A DNA stretch of 64,000 nt from Candidatus Saganbacteria bacterium. GTDB taxonomy: Bacteria > Margulisbacteria > WOR-1 > XYC2-FULL-46-14 > WPAF01. This document shows, piece by piece, positions 53,094 to 61,838 of the stretch. The stretch lies in contig WPAF01000003.1 of the NCBI GenBank assembly GCA_009772965.1, positions 977 through 64,976 on the forward strand, in the 5' to 3' direction. A model generated the notes under the pieces. The model was not told the DNA's origin, did not search any database, and saw nothing but the letters and a program-made list of their open reading frames with translations. Each line of letters begins with the position of its first letter. The stretch's first letter is position 1. The translations under genes and the position numbers were made by a program.

Positions 53094-54106
53094 AACGGCT
53101 TAAAGGCCAGTTGTCCGCAGGCGGCCTGAATATCTTCGCCTCTTCTATTTCGCAGGTTTACGTTTATCTTGTTGTTTATTAAAGTCCTAAGAAATAGGTT
53201 TACCGTTTTAATTTCCGAGGCCTTAAAGGAGCCGCCGATAGAATTAAAAGGGATAAGATTTACATTAACAAGAAGTCCCTGGCAAAAATCCAATAAACTG
53301 ACAAGCGCATCGGGGGTGTCATTAACATCTTTTATCATTATATACTCAAGCGTTACTCTTCTGCCGGTTCTCGATATGTAATATTTTATCGCGTCTTTTA
53401 TCCTTGAAAGCGGTATCTTTTTATTTATCGGCATAAGGCGGGAGCGGATCCTTTCATCGGCGGAATTAAGCGAAACAGCCAGCCGGACCTGCCAATCCTC
53501 AGCGGCAAAAATTCGAATTTTTTCTGGTATCCCGCTTGTAGAAATAGATATTTTCCTCTGCCCAAAATTGAGCCCTTCCTTTGAGATTAACACATTTATG
53601 GATTTAACTACATTGGCATAATTTAAAAACGGCTCTCCCATTCCCATGTAAACTATGTTGGTGACGCCGGGAAAATTTTTTGTTATCAGATAAACTTGCC
53701 CGATAATTTCCGAAGCAGTCAAGTTCCTTTTAAATCCTGATTGCCCTGTTGCGCAAAAAGCGCAGGCAAGGGGACAGCCAACTTGGGTTGAAACGCAAAT
53801 AGTAAACCTGCCGTCGCTTGATTTTAACAAAACGCTTTCTATGCGGGTTCCGTCCGACAGCCCGAATAAAAATTTAATGGTTTTATCTTTTGACTTAAAA
53901 GTTTTAATTATTCGCGGCAGGCCAATGGCAAAGTTTTGCGATAAAACTTCCCTCAGCTCAAGCGGCAAGTCGCTCATCAGGGAAAAATCAAAAACCAATT
54001 TTTTATGCAGCCAAAGGAAAACCTGTTTTGCCCTAAACTTTGGGATATTAAGCTCCGCAAAACGGGAGCACAGGGATTTTAAGTCATAATCGAATATATT
54101 TTGCAT
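53090..54106 (-). CDS. rlmN: 23S rRNA (adenine2503-C2)-methyltransferase RlmN
   Basis: 338 aa with radical SAM CPLACAFCATG and the downstream catalytic Cys (..QAACGQL). Confidence 0.92.
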   Translation of the reverse strand: MQNIFDYDLKSLCSRFAELNIPKFRAKQVFLWLHKKLVFDFSLMSDLPLELREVLSQNFAIGLPRIIKTFKSKDKTIKFLFGLSDGTRIESVLLKSSDGRFTICVSTQVGCPLACAFCATGQSGFKRNLTASEIIGQVYLITKNFPGVTNIVYMGMGEPFLNYANVVKSINVLISKEGLNFGQRKISISTSGIPEKIRIFAAEDWQVRLAVSLNSADERIRSRLMPINKKIPLSRIKDAIKYYISRTGRRVTLEYIMIKDVNDTPDALVSLLDFCQGLLVNVNLIPFNSIGGSFKASEIKTVNLFLRTLINNKINVNLRNRRGEDIQAACGQLAFKPL

Positions 54107-54126
54107 ATTTTACCTGAATATATATC

Positions 54127-54618
54127 TTATCTATAATTAATAAATTGCAGCTCAATTGGGAGGTTCGCTTGTTTTAGGTTTTGCATAACGGCCTGGAGAT
54201 CGTCAATCTTTTTGCCAAAAACCCTAATTTGGTCGCCCTGGATCTGGCTTTGCACCTTAAGCCCAAAATCCTTTATCTTTTTATTGATTTCTTTTGCTTG
54301 CTCAGCTGATATGCCTTGCTTAATTTTGGCTTCCTGCCGGACGGCGCCGCCAAGCGAATGCTCGATTTTTCCGTAATCGAAAAACTTTAAAGAAATCCCT
54401 CTTTTGATTAATTTTGTGCTAAGTATGTCTATTACGCTTTTCAATTTAAACTCATCATCGGAGATATAAACTAATTTATCTTCTTCATGATTGATTTCTG
54501 TTTTTGACCCTTTAAAATCAAAGCGCTGGCTTATTTCTTTTAATGCCATGCTGATTGCATTATCAAGCTCAGCCAAATTAATTTTTGAAACAATATCAAA
54601 CGAATGGTCTTGCGGCAT
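54127..54618 (-). CDS. yajQ: YajQ-family nucleotide/cyclic-di-GMP-binding protein
   Basis: 163 aa starting MP...SFDIVS.....E..NA. It has the conserved YajQ length and pattern. Confidence 0.9.
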   Translation of the reverse strand: MPQDHSFDIVSKINLAELDNAISMALKEISQRFDFKGSKTEINHEEDKLVYISDDEFKLKSVIDILSTKLIKRGISLKFFDYGKIEHSLGGAVRQEAKIKQGISAEQAKEINKKIKDFGLKVQSQIQGDQIRVFGKKIDDLQAVMQNLKQANLPIELQFINYR

Positions 54619-54637
54619 AAAGGTAATTATATCATGG

Positions 54638-54658
54638 ATGCCCGATTAAATCGGGCAT
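54638..54658. repeat. REP-like hairpin (ATGCCCGAT-TAA-ATCGGGCAT) in the divergent yajQ/lysC spacer
   Basis: 9-bp perfect stem. The flanks TGG...GAC are the same as those of the hairpin at 25687. Confidence 0.55.
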
Positions 54659-54688
54659 GACGCAATATTATTTGGTATAATCAAACAT

Positions 54689-55915
54689 ATGGCAATAATT
54701 GTACACAAATACGGCGGGACATCGGTTGGGACAGCGGAAAAGATAAAAAATGTCGCCTGCAGGGTAAAAAAAACACGGGATCAAGGAGACGAGGTTTTGG
54801 TAATTGTTTCGGCCATGGGTCATACAACCGACGAGCTAATTGAGCTCATGAATAAAGTTTCCGAAAATCCCGATCCTAGGGAATACGATATGCTTGTTTC
54901 TACCGGAGAACAGGTTTCTGCCGCGCTTCTGGCTATGGCGCTTCAATCCATCGGTTGTCCGGCTGTTTCTTTAACCGGCGGGCAGGCGGGGGTAATAACT
55001 GAAGACATTTATAAAAAAGCGCGGATCAAAGAAATAAAACTTGACCGCATAAAAAAGGAATTAAAAGCCGGCAAAGTGGCGGTTATTACCGGATTTCAAG
55101 GCGTAGACAGCAAGGGCGACATTATCACAATCGGTAGGGGAGGGTCAGACACATCTGCGGTTGCAATTGCCGCCGCACTCAATGCAAAAGTTTGTGAAAT
55201 TTATACTGATGTAGACGGAGTTTACACGACAGATCCAAGAATTGTTCCAGAGGCAAAAAAATTAAAAAGCATATCTTATGAAGAAATGCTTGAGCTGGCA
55301 TCGCTTGGCGCGCAAGTTCTTCATCCAAGATCAATTGAATGCGCAAGCATTTACGGGATGGTAATTCATCTTCGATCATCATTAAATGAAAGCGAAGGCA
55401 CTTATATTAAGGAGGCAACAAAAATGGAAAAGAAAGAAGCGGTGAGGGGGATAGCGCTTGATGAAAATATCGCAAAGATAGGGATATTAAAAGTTCCGGA
55501 CAAGCCGGGAACCGCCTCAAAAATATTTGGCGCGCTGGCGGATGAAAAAATCAATGTCGACATGATTATCCAATCAATCCATTCCCAGGGGACGCAGGCG
55601 GACATGGCTTTTACTGTTGATACTCCGGATTTAAAAAAAGCGGTAGAAATCGCAAAACGAGTTGCTAAGGAATTAGGAGCGGCAGAAGTTATTTCTGATC
55701 CCGATGTTGCAAAAGTTTCGCTGGTTGGCATTGGGATGGTATCCCAACCCGGGACTGCTTCAAAAATGTTTAAGGCGCTTTCGGAATCAAAAATTAATAT
55801 CCAGATGATTTCCACGTCAGAAATAAAAATATCGTGCGTTGTAAAATTCGAGGAAGGGAAAAAAGCTGTTCAGGTTCTTCATAAGGCCTTTGGATTAGAT
55901 AAAATTTCCCAGTGA
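54689..55915 (+). CDS. lysC: Aspartate kinase
   Basis: 408 aa with an N-terminal KYGGTS, the amino-acid kinase fold and two C-terminal ACT domains. Confidence 0.95.
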   Translation: MAIIVHKYGGTSVGTAEKIKNVACRVKKTRDQGDEVLVIVSAMGHTTDELIELMNKVSENPDPREYDMLVSTGEQVSAALLAMALQSIGCPAVSLTGGQAGVITEDIYKKARIKEIKLDRIKKELKAGKVAVITGFQGVDSKGDIITIGRGGSDTSAVAIAAALNAKVCEIYTDVDGVYTTDPRIVPEAKKLKSISYEEMLELASLGAQVLHPRSIECASIYGMVIHLRSSLNESEGTYIKEATKMEKKEAVRGIALDENIAKIGILKVPDKPGTASKIFGALADEKINVDMIIQSIHSQGTQADMAFTVDTPDLKKAVEIAKRVAKELGAAEVISDPDVAKVSLVGIGMVSQPGTASKMFKALSESKINIQMISTSEIKISCVVKFEEGKKAVQVLHKAFGLDKISQ

Positions 55916-56520
55916 TTCAAATACTCATTATACTTGCCTTGATTTCATATTTTATCGGCGCGATCCCATTCAGCTTAATTATTTCCAAATTAATAAAAGG
56001 GGTTGATGTGCGCAGGGAAGGAAGCGGCAATATTGGTGCGACCAATACTCTTGTTACCTCAGGCAAACTTGCCGGTTCGCTTGCCCTTATTTTTGATGTT
56101 GCCAAAGGTTTTTCGGCGGTTTTGCTTGCGAAGTTGTTTATCGGGGGAGACATAGCTTGTTTAATCGCGGGGGTTTTTGTGGTTTTGGGGCATGATTTTT
56201 CAATTTATTTAAAATTTAACGGGGGCAAAGGGCTTGCCGCGACAGTTGGCGCTATGATAGCCATTAATCCATATGTTGTTTTTATTTGCCTAGCGGCTTA
56301 TGTAGTATTTTTATGTATTACCAGATATCTAATACTGAGTTCGCTAATGGTTTTGGCTGTTTCTCCGCTGATATTTTATTTTTTAAAAGAAAGTTTCGCC
56401 ATTATCCTTTTCAGTATAATTATTTTTATAGTAGCTCTTTATGCTCATCGGGGAGATATTGACAAACTTGTATCCGGGCGTGAGAAGCCCATCTTCGAAG
56501 TCCTAAAGGGATATCTCTAA
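55912..56520 (+). CDS. plsY: Glycerol-3-phosphate acyltransferase PlsY
   Basis: 202 aa, polytopic, with the GSGNIGATN motif. Confidence 0.93.
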   Translation: MIQILIILALISYFIGAIPFSLIISKLIKGVDVRREGSGNIGATNTLVTSGKLAGSLALIFDVAKGFSAVLLAKLFIGGDIACLIAGVFVVLGHDFSIYLKFNGGKGLAATVGAMIAINPYVVFICLAAYVVFLCITRYLILSSLMVLAVSPLIFYFLKESFAIILFSIIIFIVALYAHRGDIDKLVSGREKPIFEVLKGYL

Positions 56521-57146
56521 TTCGCCGATAAGTTTGTATCATTATTTCTGTCGCATTCCCATTTTAATGGATTATTATTTATATATCTTTGAATTTTATA
56601 TAATGAATTTTCGTTGCGAATTATATGATCATAATAACGTGATTGCCAAAACGGTTGTCCGTTGGTATTTTGACAATCGTTGATTTTTTTTGATGATTGC
56701 ATTTTGAACCGGCCGATTATTTTCGGAATCAACATTTTCCGGCGTATTATATGAATGGGGGTTGGTTGTTGTCGTCGTAGGGGCAATTCATGAATTGCCC
56801 CTACGACGGGGATTGCCCCAACATGAATTGCACCTACAGATGTAACAATAATAATCCCATGTACATGATTTGGCATCACAACAAACGCATCCAATTCGAT
56901 ATTATTATAATGATTTATTAAATCATTCCATTGTTCCTGAACGATTTGGCCCTGTTTTGATAAGATCATTTTTCCGTTATTGACATATCCAAGGGCATGG
57001 ATTCTATTTTTAACGCATATTGTAATAAAATAATATCCCCTAGACGAATAATCCCATGTTTGTAACCTAATTGATTCTATCCTATATTTGTTTTTGAATA
57101 AGGTCATAGTTATAAAAATTAGCGTTTGCCTTAAAATATAAAGCAA
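56517..57146 (-). CDS. rayT: REP-associated tyrosine transposase (RayT / IS200-like Y1 HUH transposase)
   Basis: 209 aa with the HUH motif MPNHVHGII and C-terminal catalytic-Tyr region SRYYDHIIRNE......YINNNP.KW. It also has an internal VGAIH repeat insert. Confidence 0.85.
   Translation of the reverse strand: MLYILRQTLIFITMTLFKNKYRIESIRLQTWDYSSRGYYFITICVKNRIHALGYVNNGKMILSKQGQIVQEQWNDLINHYNNIELDAFVVMPNHVHGIIIVTSVGAIHVGAIPVVGAIHELPLRRQQPTPIHIIRRKMLIPKIIGRFKMQSSKKINDCQNTNGQPFWQSRYYDHIIRNENSLYKIQRYINNNPLKWECDRNNDTNLSAN
56773..56808. repeat. 36-bp perfect palindrome inside the rayT coding sequence
   Basis: CGTCGTAGGGGCAATTCA|TGAATTGCCCCTACGACG, checked base by base. It encodes part of VGAIHELPLRR. 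Confidence 0.9.
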
Positions 57147-57204
57147 TTTGTTTGCCAGGGCGATAGGTTTAAAGGAAAAAATATGCTAAAATTAAAGTAA
57201 ATTT

Positions 57205-57780
57205 ATGAAAAAAGAAATAATATTAGGGGTTTTAATAGGTTTGTTTTTTGTAGTTGCAGGAAAAACTGAGGCAGAAAACAAATATGGCTTAGCAATTAAT
57301 TGCGGGTTTATTAATAATTTTCAGCAATTTTCGGGCGTAGATTATTTAACTGGAAATATTTTACAAGTAGGATACTATTATAAATTTAATAATTTTTATA
57401 GAACTGCTTTGGAATTTGCATTTGTTGCTGATCATGGTGTATTTAAAGATGCTTCCTCGTCAACACTTAATGTGGAAACCGCGTCATATCTAAATCTTAG
57501 ACATATGTTTTACTCTCCAAAGATTGCCGAATTAAACCCCTATCTCTCTATAAGTACTGGGTTAAATGCTGTTAACTCATGGAGGAAAACAAATAATTCA
57601 TTTTCTGCTACCGGTAATAATGTTTATTGTGATATTGGATTAGGCGTGGGTTGTGATTGGAGGATATGGGGATCTGGCTTCAATCTTGATTTCTTTATAC
57701 CGGCGTTTTTTAATGCTTGGTATCAAAAGGCGAGGTTGCCGTATATTTTTTCTTTTGGAACTAAGTTTGATTTGATGTAA
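57205..57780 (+). CDS. Hypothetical outer-membrane beta-barrel protein (OmpA-like 8-strand size)
   Basis: 191 aa with a signal peptide (..AGKTEA), alternating strands and a C-terminal ..GTKFDLM. Confidence 0.6.
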   Translation: MKKEIILGVLIGLFFVVAGKTEAENKYGLAINCGFINNFQQFSGVDYLTGNILQVGYYYKFNNFYRTALEFAFVADHGVFKDASSSTLNVETASYLNLRHMFYSPKIAELNPYLSISTGLNAVNSWRKTNNSFSATGNNVYCDIGLGVGCDWRIWGSGFNLDFFIPAFFNAWYQKARLPYIFSFGTKFDLM

Positions 57781-57793
57781 GCTTGAATAGTTT

Positions 57794-57869
57794 CGGGGCG
57801 TGGCCCAGCTTGGTCTAAGGCGCTACCTTGGGGTGGTAGAGATCGTGGGTTCAAATCCCGCCGCCCCGA
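57794..57869 (+). tRNA. tRNA-Pro (anticodon GGG)
   Basis: Manual cloverleaf. Acceptor CGGGGCG/CGCCCCG plus discriminator A, anticodon stem CTACC/GGTAG, loop TTGGGGT (G37), T-arm GTGGG-TTCAAAT-CCCGC. CCA is not encoded. Confidence 0.85.
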
Positions 57870-57881
57870 ATTGACTAACAA

Positions 57882-57955
<74 letters not shown>

Positions 57956-58008
57956 TTTGACTCCTCCTTCACCCATCTGCTATCATTTAGGGGGAATAGA
58001 AAGGAATT

Positions 58009-58887
58009 ATGAAGTTACGTGAAAAGAATAAATTTTATACACTCATGTTTGTGCCGCATGATGCCGCGGCAAAAACTCTTAGCCTCCGCATACCCTCTTC
58101 AGTATTAAAAAGCTTTATTGCAGTCTTTCTTACTTTTGCCACAGTTTTTTCGGTTTCCCTGCTTTATGCTTCTTTTTTATCAGGAAAGTTAATCCATTAT
58201 AAAACCGTTGTCCAAAACTCGTCTGAAAAAGATAAAAAAATCGAACAGATAGTTGTAATAAAAAAAGAACTTCAGGAAATACAAGACCAGAACAATTCAT
58301 TAAGGAGAATGCTGGGCTTAAAAGTTGAAAAGAAAAAAATCAAAAATGAATTAAATAATTTAGAAAAAGTAGAAAGCGTAACCCTTGATATAAACAATTC
58401 CCTAAGCGAAATTGAAAAAACAAAAAATAGTTTAGAAGAGCTTAAGGCGAGAGTCGCTTATCTAAACGACCGCTTGGCCAGTACCCCAAATTCCTGGCCG
58501 ATCCGCGGGCAAATTATGTCAACTTTTGGCTACAGGGTATCTCCATGGAGAGGATTTCATTCCGGGATTGATATCAATGCCCAATACGGCAGTCCTGTTA
58601 GGGCAACTGCCACGGGAGTTGTTGCTCAGGTTGGCTGGATGAGTGGCTATGGCAAGGTTGTAAAGGTCAACCATGGATACGGTTTTTCTACATTATATGC
58701 GCATAATTCAGTGTTAGCGGTTCAGGTTGGGCAAAAAGTAACCAAAGGACAAATTATTTCATACGTTGGCACATCAGGATATTCAACCGGGCCGCACTGC
58801 CATTATGAAGTTATAAGAAGGGGCTTTGCCCTCAACCCATATCCATTTTTGGGGATGGATGTTCTAACCGCAAGCAGGTATTTTTAA
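58009..58887 (+). CDS. M23-family metallopeptidase (LytM domain) with N-terminal TM and coiled coil
   Basis: 292 aa with HSGIDI and HCHYEV zinc-ligand motifs. Confidence 0.9.
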   Translation: MKLREKNKFYTLMFVPHDAAAKTLSLRIPSSVLKSFIAVFLTFATVFSVSLLYASFLSGKLIHYKTVVQNSSEKDKKIEQIVVIKKELQEIQDQNNSLRRMLGLKVEKKKIKNELNNLEKVESVTLDINNSLSEIEKTKNSLEELKARVAYLNDRLASTPNSWPIRGQIMSTFGYRVSPWRGFHSGIDINAQYGSPVRATATGVVAQVGWMSGYGKVVKVNHGYGFSTLYAHNSVLAVQVGQKVTKGQIISYVGTSGYSTGPHCHYEVIRRGFALNPYPFLGMDVLTASRYF

Positions 58888-58889
58888 TT

Positions 58890-59234
58890 ATGGAGAAAAA
58901 AGTGATTAATTCAATAATTGGGGAAGGGACAACGATAAAGGGAGAAATTAATTGCCCCGGCTCGCTTCAGTTAGAAGGGGAAGTTGTTGGCAGTATTAAG
59001 GCGGTTGGCGATATCTTTATTGCCGGCAAAGGAAAAGTGGCGGGAGATTTAAAAGGGGCAAGGGTTGTAGTTTCCGGAATTGTTGAAGGGAATATAATTG
59101 CCGAAAAAGGGCTTGAAATATTAAAAACCGGAAAGGTTAACGGAGAAATCACCTGCGATAAGCTATTAATTGAAGAAGGGTCTTCGTATCAGGGTAAAGT
59201 AAATGTCCCTCCTCAAAGAAATGAAAATTATTAA
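58890..59234 (+). CDS. Bactofilin (polymer-forming cytoskeletal protein)
   Basis: 114 aa with the repetitive beta-helical pattern G.I.G.I...G.L.I.G.V.G.I typical of DUF583. Confidence 0.85.
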   Translation: MEKKVINSIIGEGTTIKGEINCPGSLQLEGEVVGSIKAVGDIFIAGKGKVAGDLKGARVVVSGIVEGNIIAEKGLEILKTGKVNGEITCDKLLIEEGSSYQGKVNVPPQRNENY

Positions 59235-59926
59235 TGTCTGAGCTTTTTGTTGTCGCCACGCCAATCGGCAATCTTGAAGATATTACTTATCGTGCCATAA
59301 GAATTTTATCAGAAGTCGACTTAATTGCGGCGGAAGATACAAGGCAGACAAAAAAACTGCTTGACCGCTATTCAATAAAAACCCCAATGACCAGCTATCA
59401 CAAGTTTAACATCAAATCGAAAACTGACTATCTTGTTGAAATGATTAAAAACGGGAAAAAGATTGCACTTGTTTCAGATTCAGGGATGCCCGGGATTTCC
59501 GATCCGGGGTATGAGTTGGTAAAATCAGCGATAAACAATAATATTAAAGTAATTCCAATTCCAGGGGCATCCGCATTAGTTTCGGCTTTGGCGGTTTCGG
59601 GCTTGCCAACAGATAAATTTATTTTTCTGGGCTTTTTGCAAAAAAAACCGGGGAAAAGAAGAAAGGCATTAAAGGAGATTGAAAATTTTGACGGGACGGC
59701 CATCATTTACGAATCCCCCTACCGTGTGGTAAAATGTTTAGAAGATATCTTTAGCGTCCTGGGCGATAGGCAGGTTGTTATTGCGCGGGAGCTGACAAAG
59801 ATTTATGAAGAGGTTTTACGGGGAAAGGTTTCCGAGCTGATTAAAGCTCGCAGTGTTTATAAAGGGGAGGTGGTAATTTTAGTAAACGGAAAATCCATGT
59901 CAGTCGCTCAATCGGGAGAGATGTAA
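59234..59926 (+). CDS. rsmI: 16S rRNA (cytidine1402-2'-O)-methyltransferase RsmI
   Basis: 230 aa starting L.VVATPIGNLEDIT.RA...L, with AAEDTR and the SD.G.P.ISDPG motif. Confidence 0.9.
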   Translation: MSELFVVATPIGNLEDITYRAIRILSEVDLIAAEDTRQTKKLLDRYSIKTPMTSYHKFNIKSKTDYLVEMIKNGKKIALVSDSGMPGISDPGYELVKSAINNNIKVIPIPGASALVSALAVSGLPTDKFIFLGFLQKKPGKRRKALKEIENFDGTAIIYESPYRVVKCLEDIFSVLGDRQVVIARELTKIYEEVLRGKVSELIKARSVYKGEVVILVNGKSMSVAQSGEM

Positions 59927-59983
59927 AAGGTTTTGCGGGTTCTATTCCTGCCTGATCATGGAGAATCAAGAGTTACCCGAAGA

Positions 59984-60009
59984 CTCTATATTCTTAAGGG
60001 AGTATAGAG
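59984..60009 (+). promoter_or_regulatory. Hairpin enclosing the RBS immediately before the TonB-dependent receptor start
   Basis: CTCTATA (59984-59990) pairs with TATAGAG (60003-60009). The 12-nt loop TTCTTAAGGGAG contains the only SD-like sequence, and the ATG is at 60010. Confidence 0.4.
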
Positions 60010-61836
60010 ATGTTAAATCAAACATCACGGAATCTAATTATCAAATTTATTCTTTCAGCATTGTTTATTAATTGTTTATTTATTATTGGAAACTGTTTGC
60101 CCTTGGCTGGCCAAAGCACGCAAATAGGCACTTCAGCTTTTGGAGCTCCCAGGTATTACGGCCAGGAATTGATTGTGACTGCCGCAAAAATCCCGCAATT
60201 AATATCTGAATCTTCTGCCAGCATTACTGTTGTCACAAAAGAAGAAATAAAAGCTTCAGGTGCCACAAATGTTGCCGATGCTTTACGCTTTGTTTCCGGG
60301 CTAGACGTAAAAAGTACAGGATACCCGGCAGGAGAAATTACACTTAGGCTTCGAGGGTCTACCTCTGACCAGGTCTTGCTTTTAGTTGACGGACGACGGA
60401 TTAATTCTCCCCAGGGGGGATGGAATCAATTTGATAGCATCTCTTTAAATAATATTGAAAAAATTGAAGTGGTGCGCGGCCCAGCTTCAGCTTTATATGG
60501 AGCGGATGCGGTGGGTGGCGTAATTAATGTTATTTCAAAAAAAGGGATCGAGCCTGAAACCAAAATTTCTGCTTCTCTTTCAAGTTATGATACTCAAAAC
60601 TATTCATTTGCCCATAGTTTGAGCGAAGGAGCAATTAGCGGCTTTTTTGCTTTGGAATCTATGAAGTCAAATGGCCACAGGGCGAATAGTGATTACAGCG
60701 GACAAGATTTTAGCGGAAAGCTCAACTTTGAAATGCGGGAAAAAGTAAACATAGCTCTTTCTACAAATTATTATCAGATGGAAAAAGGGATTCCAAACAC
60801 AATAATTACCCCTTCTCTTACTGATCGCCAAACGGATAAAAAAAATCATCTGGAATTATCTGGGAATATAGAAAATTTAGAGATACGTGCTTATCAAAAT
60901 CAGTTTGATCGGTTATTCTTTTCTACTGCCAATAGCCGCCATAAGAATTGGACGGAAGGATTAGAAGTCGAACTAAAATCACCATTTCTAATTTCTGGAG
61001 TTGAACTGCGAAGAGATCAGATTGAAAGCACGGAAAATAGCCGGCACGCGGTTTATAATCTCGCTTCATTTTTACAGAAAGAAATTAATTTTAACAAGTT
61101 GTTGAAAGTTGTTTTGGGCGTAAGAGGCGATGAGCATTCCACCTTTGGGGGCGTAATAAGCCCTCGATTAGGATTGGTTTATCATCCTGTAGCAAGCACT
61201 ACATTGAGAAGTTCCTGGGGAGGGTCTTTTCGCGCGCCTAATTTTGATGATTTATATTGGCCAACTACTACTTGGGCTGCGGGGAATCTTAACCTTAAGC
61301 CAGAAAGGGCGCAAACATTTGATATTGGGATAGACCAACAATTTAATACTTTGACCACGGCTAGCCTGGGTTGGTTTAGCAGTGAGGTTAAAGATATGAT
61401 TGACTGGGCTCCGGATAGTGGTGGTACCTGGCGGCCGTCTAATGTATATGCGGCCAAGCTGCAAGGAGTAGAGGTGGAGCTTAAAAGGAAATTTAGTTCT
61501 TTGCTTTCGGGTTTTATTAATTATACTTATCTTAAAGCTGTTAATTCCTCCACCAATAATGAGCTTATCTATAAACCCAATAATAAGGCCAACATTGGGC
61601 TGCGGTTTGACAATACCAGACAAACAGCTTATCTAAATTTAAGGTTTGTCGATAAACAATTTACAGATGTCACGAATACAGACATACTTCCTTCTTATAC
61701 TGTTGTTGATACTGGTTTAGAATCAGCCCCATTTATAATTAAAATTAATAACTTATTTGATATAAATTACCAGGAATCAAGAGATTATCCCATGCCGGGA
61801 AGAACTTATACTTTAGGGATAGCACATAATTATTAG
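60010..61836 (+). CDS. TonB-dependent outer-membrane receptor (BtuB-like by context)
   Basis: 608 aa with a signal peptide, plug domain (ITVVTKEEI...NVADALR.V.G, RG..S.QVL.L.DG), a 22-strand barrel-sized body and a C-terminal aromatic residue. B12 salvage genes follow. Confidence 0.88.
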   Translation: MLNQTSRNLIIKFILSALFINCLFIIGNCLPLAGQSTQIGTSAFGAPRYYGQELIVTAAKIPQLISESSASITVVTKEEIKASGATNVADALRFVSGLDVKSTGYPAGEITLRLRGSTSDQVLLLVDGRRINSPQGGWNQFDSISLNNIEKIEVVRGPASALYGADAVGGVINVISKKGIEPETKISASLSSYDTQNYSFAHSLSEGAISGFFALESMKSNGHRANSDYSGQDFSGKLNFEMREKVNIALSTNYYQMEKGIPNTIITPSLTDRQTDKKNHLELSGNIENLEIRAYQNQFDRLFFSTANSRHKNWTEGLEVELKSPFLISGVELRRDQIESTENSRHAVYNLASFLQKEINFNKLLKVVLGVRGDEHSTFGGVISPRLGLVYHPVASTTLRSSWGGSFRAPNFDDLYWPTTTWAAGNLNLKPERAQTFDIGIDQQFNTLTTASLGWFSSEVKDMIDWAPDSGGTWRPSNVYAAKLQGVEVELKRKFSSLLSGFINYTYLKAVNSSTNNELIYKPNNKANIGLRFDNTRQTAYLNLRFVDKQFTDVTNTDILPSYTVVDTGLESAPFIIKINNLFDINYQESRDYPMPGRTYTLGIAHNY

Positions 61837-61838
61837 AA

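Noticed and set aside
56740-56860. Repetitive GC-rich segment that could be mistaken for a short CRISPR-like or tandem array.
   Set aside because: There is only one perfect palindrome plus two degenerate half copies, no spacers, and it lies inside the rayT ORF. I found no CRISPR array anywhere in the window.
59927-60009. Possible cobalamin riboswitch upstream of the TonB-dependent receptor / cob cluster.
   Set aside because: The spacer is only 83 nt. I could not find the conserved B12-box (..AGYCMGG.AGACCKGCC..) or the GCCACTG core, even when reading back into the rsmI 3' end. I kept only the RBS hairpin as an observation.
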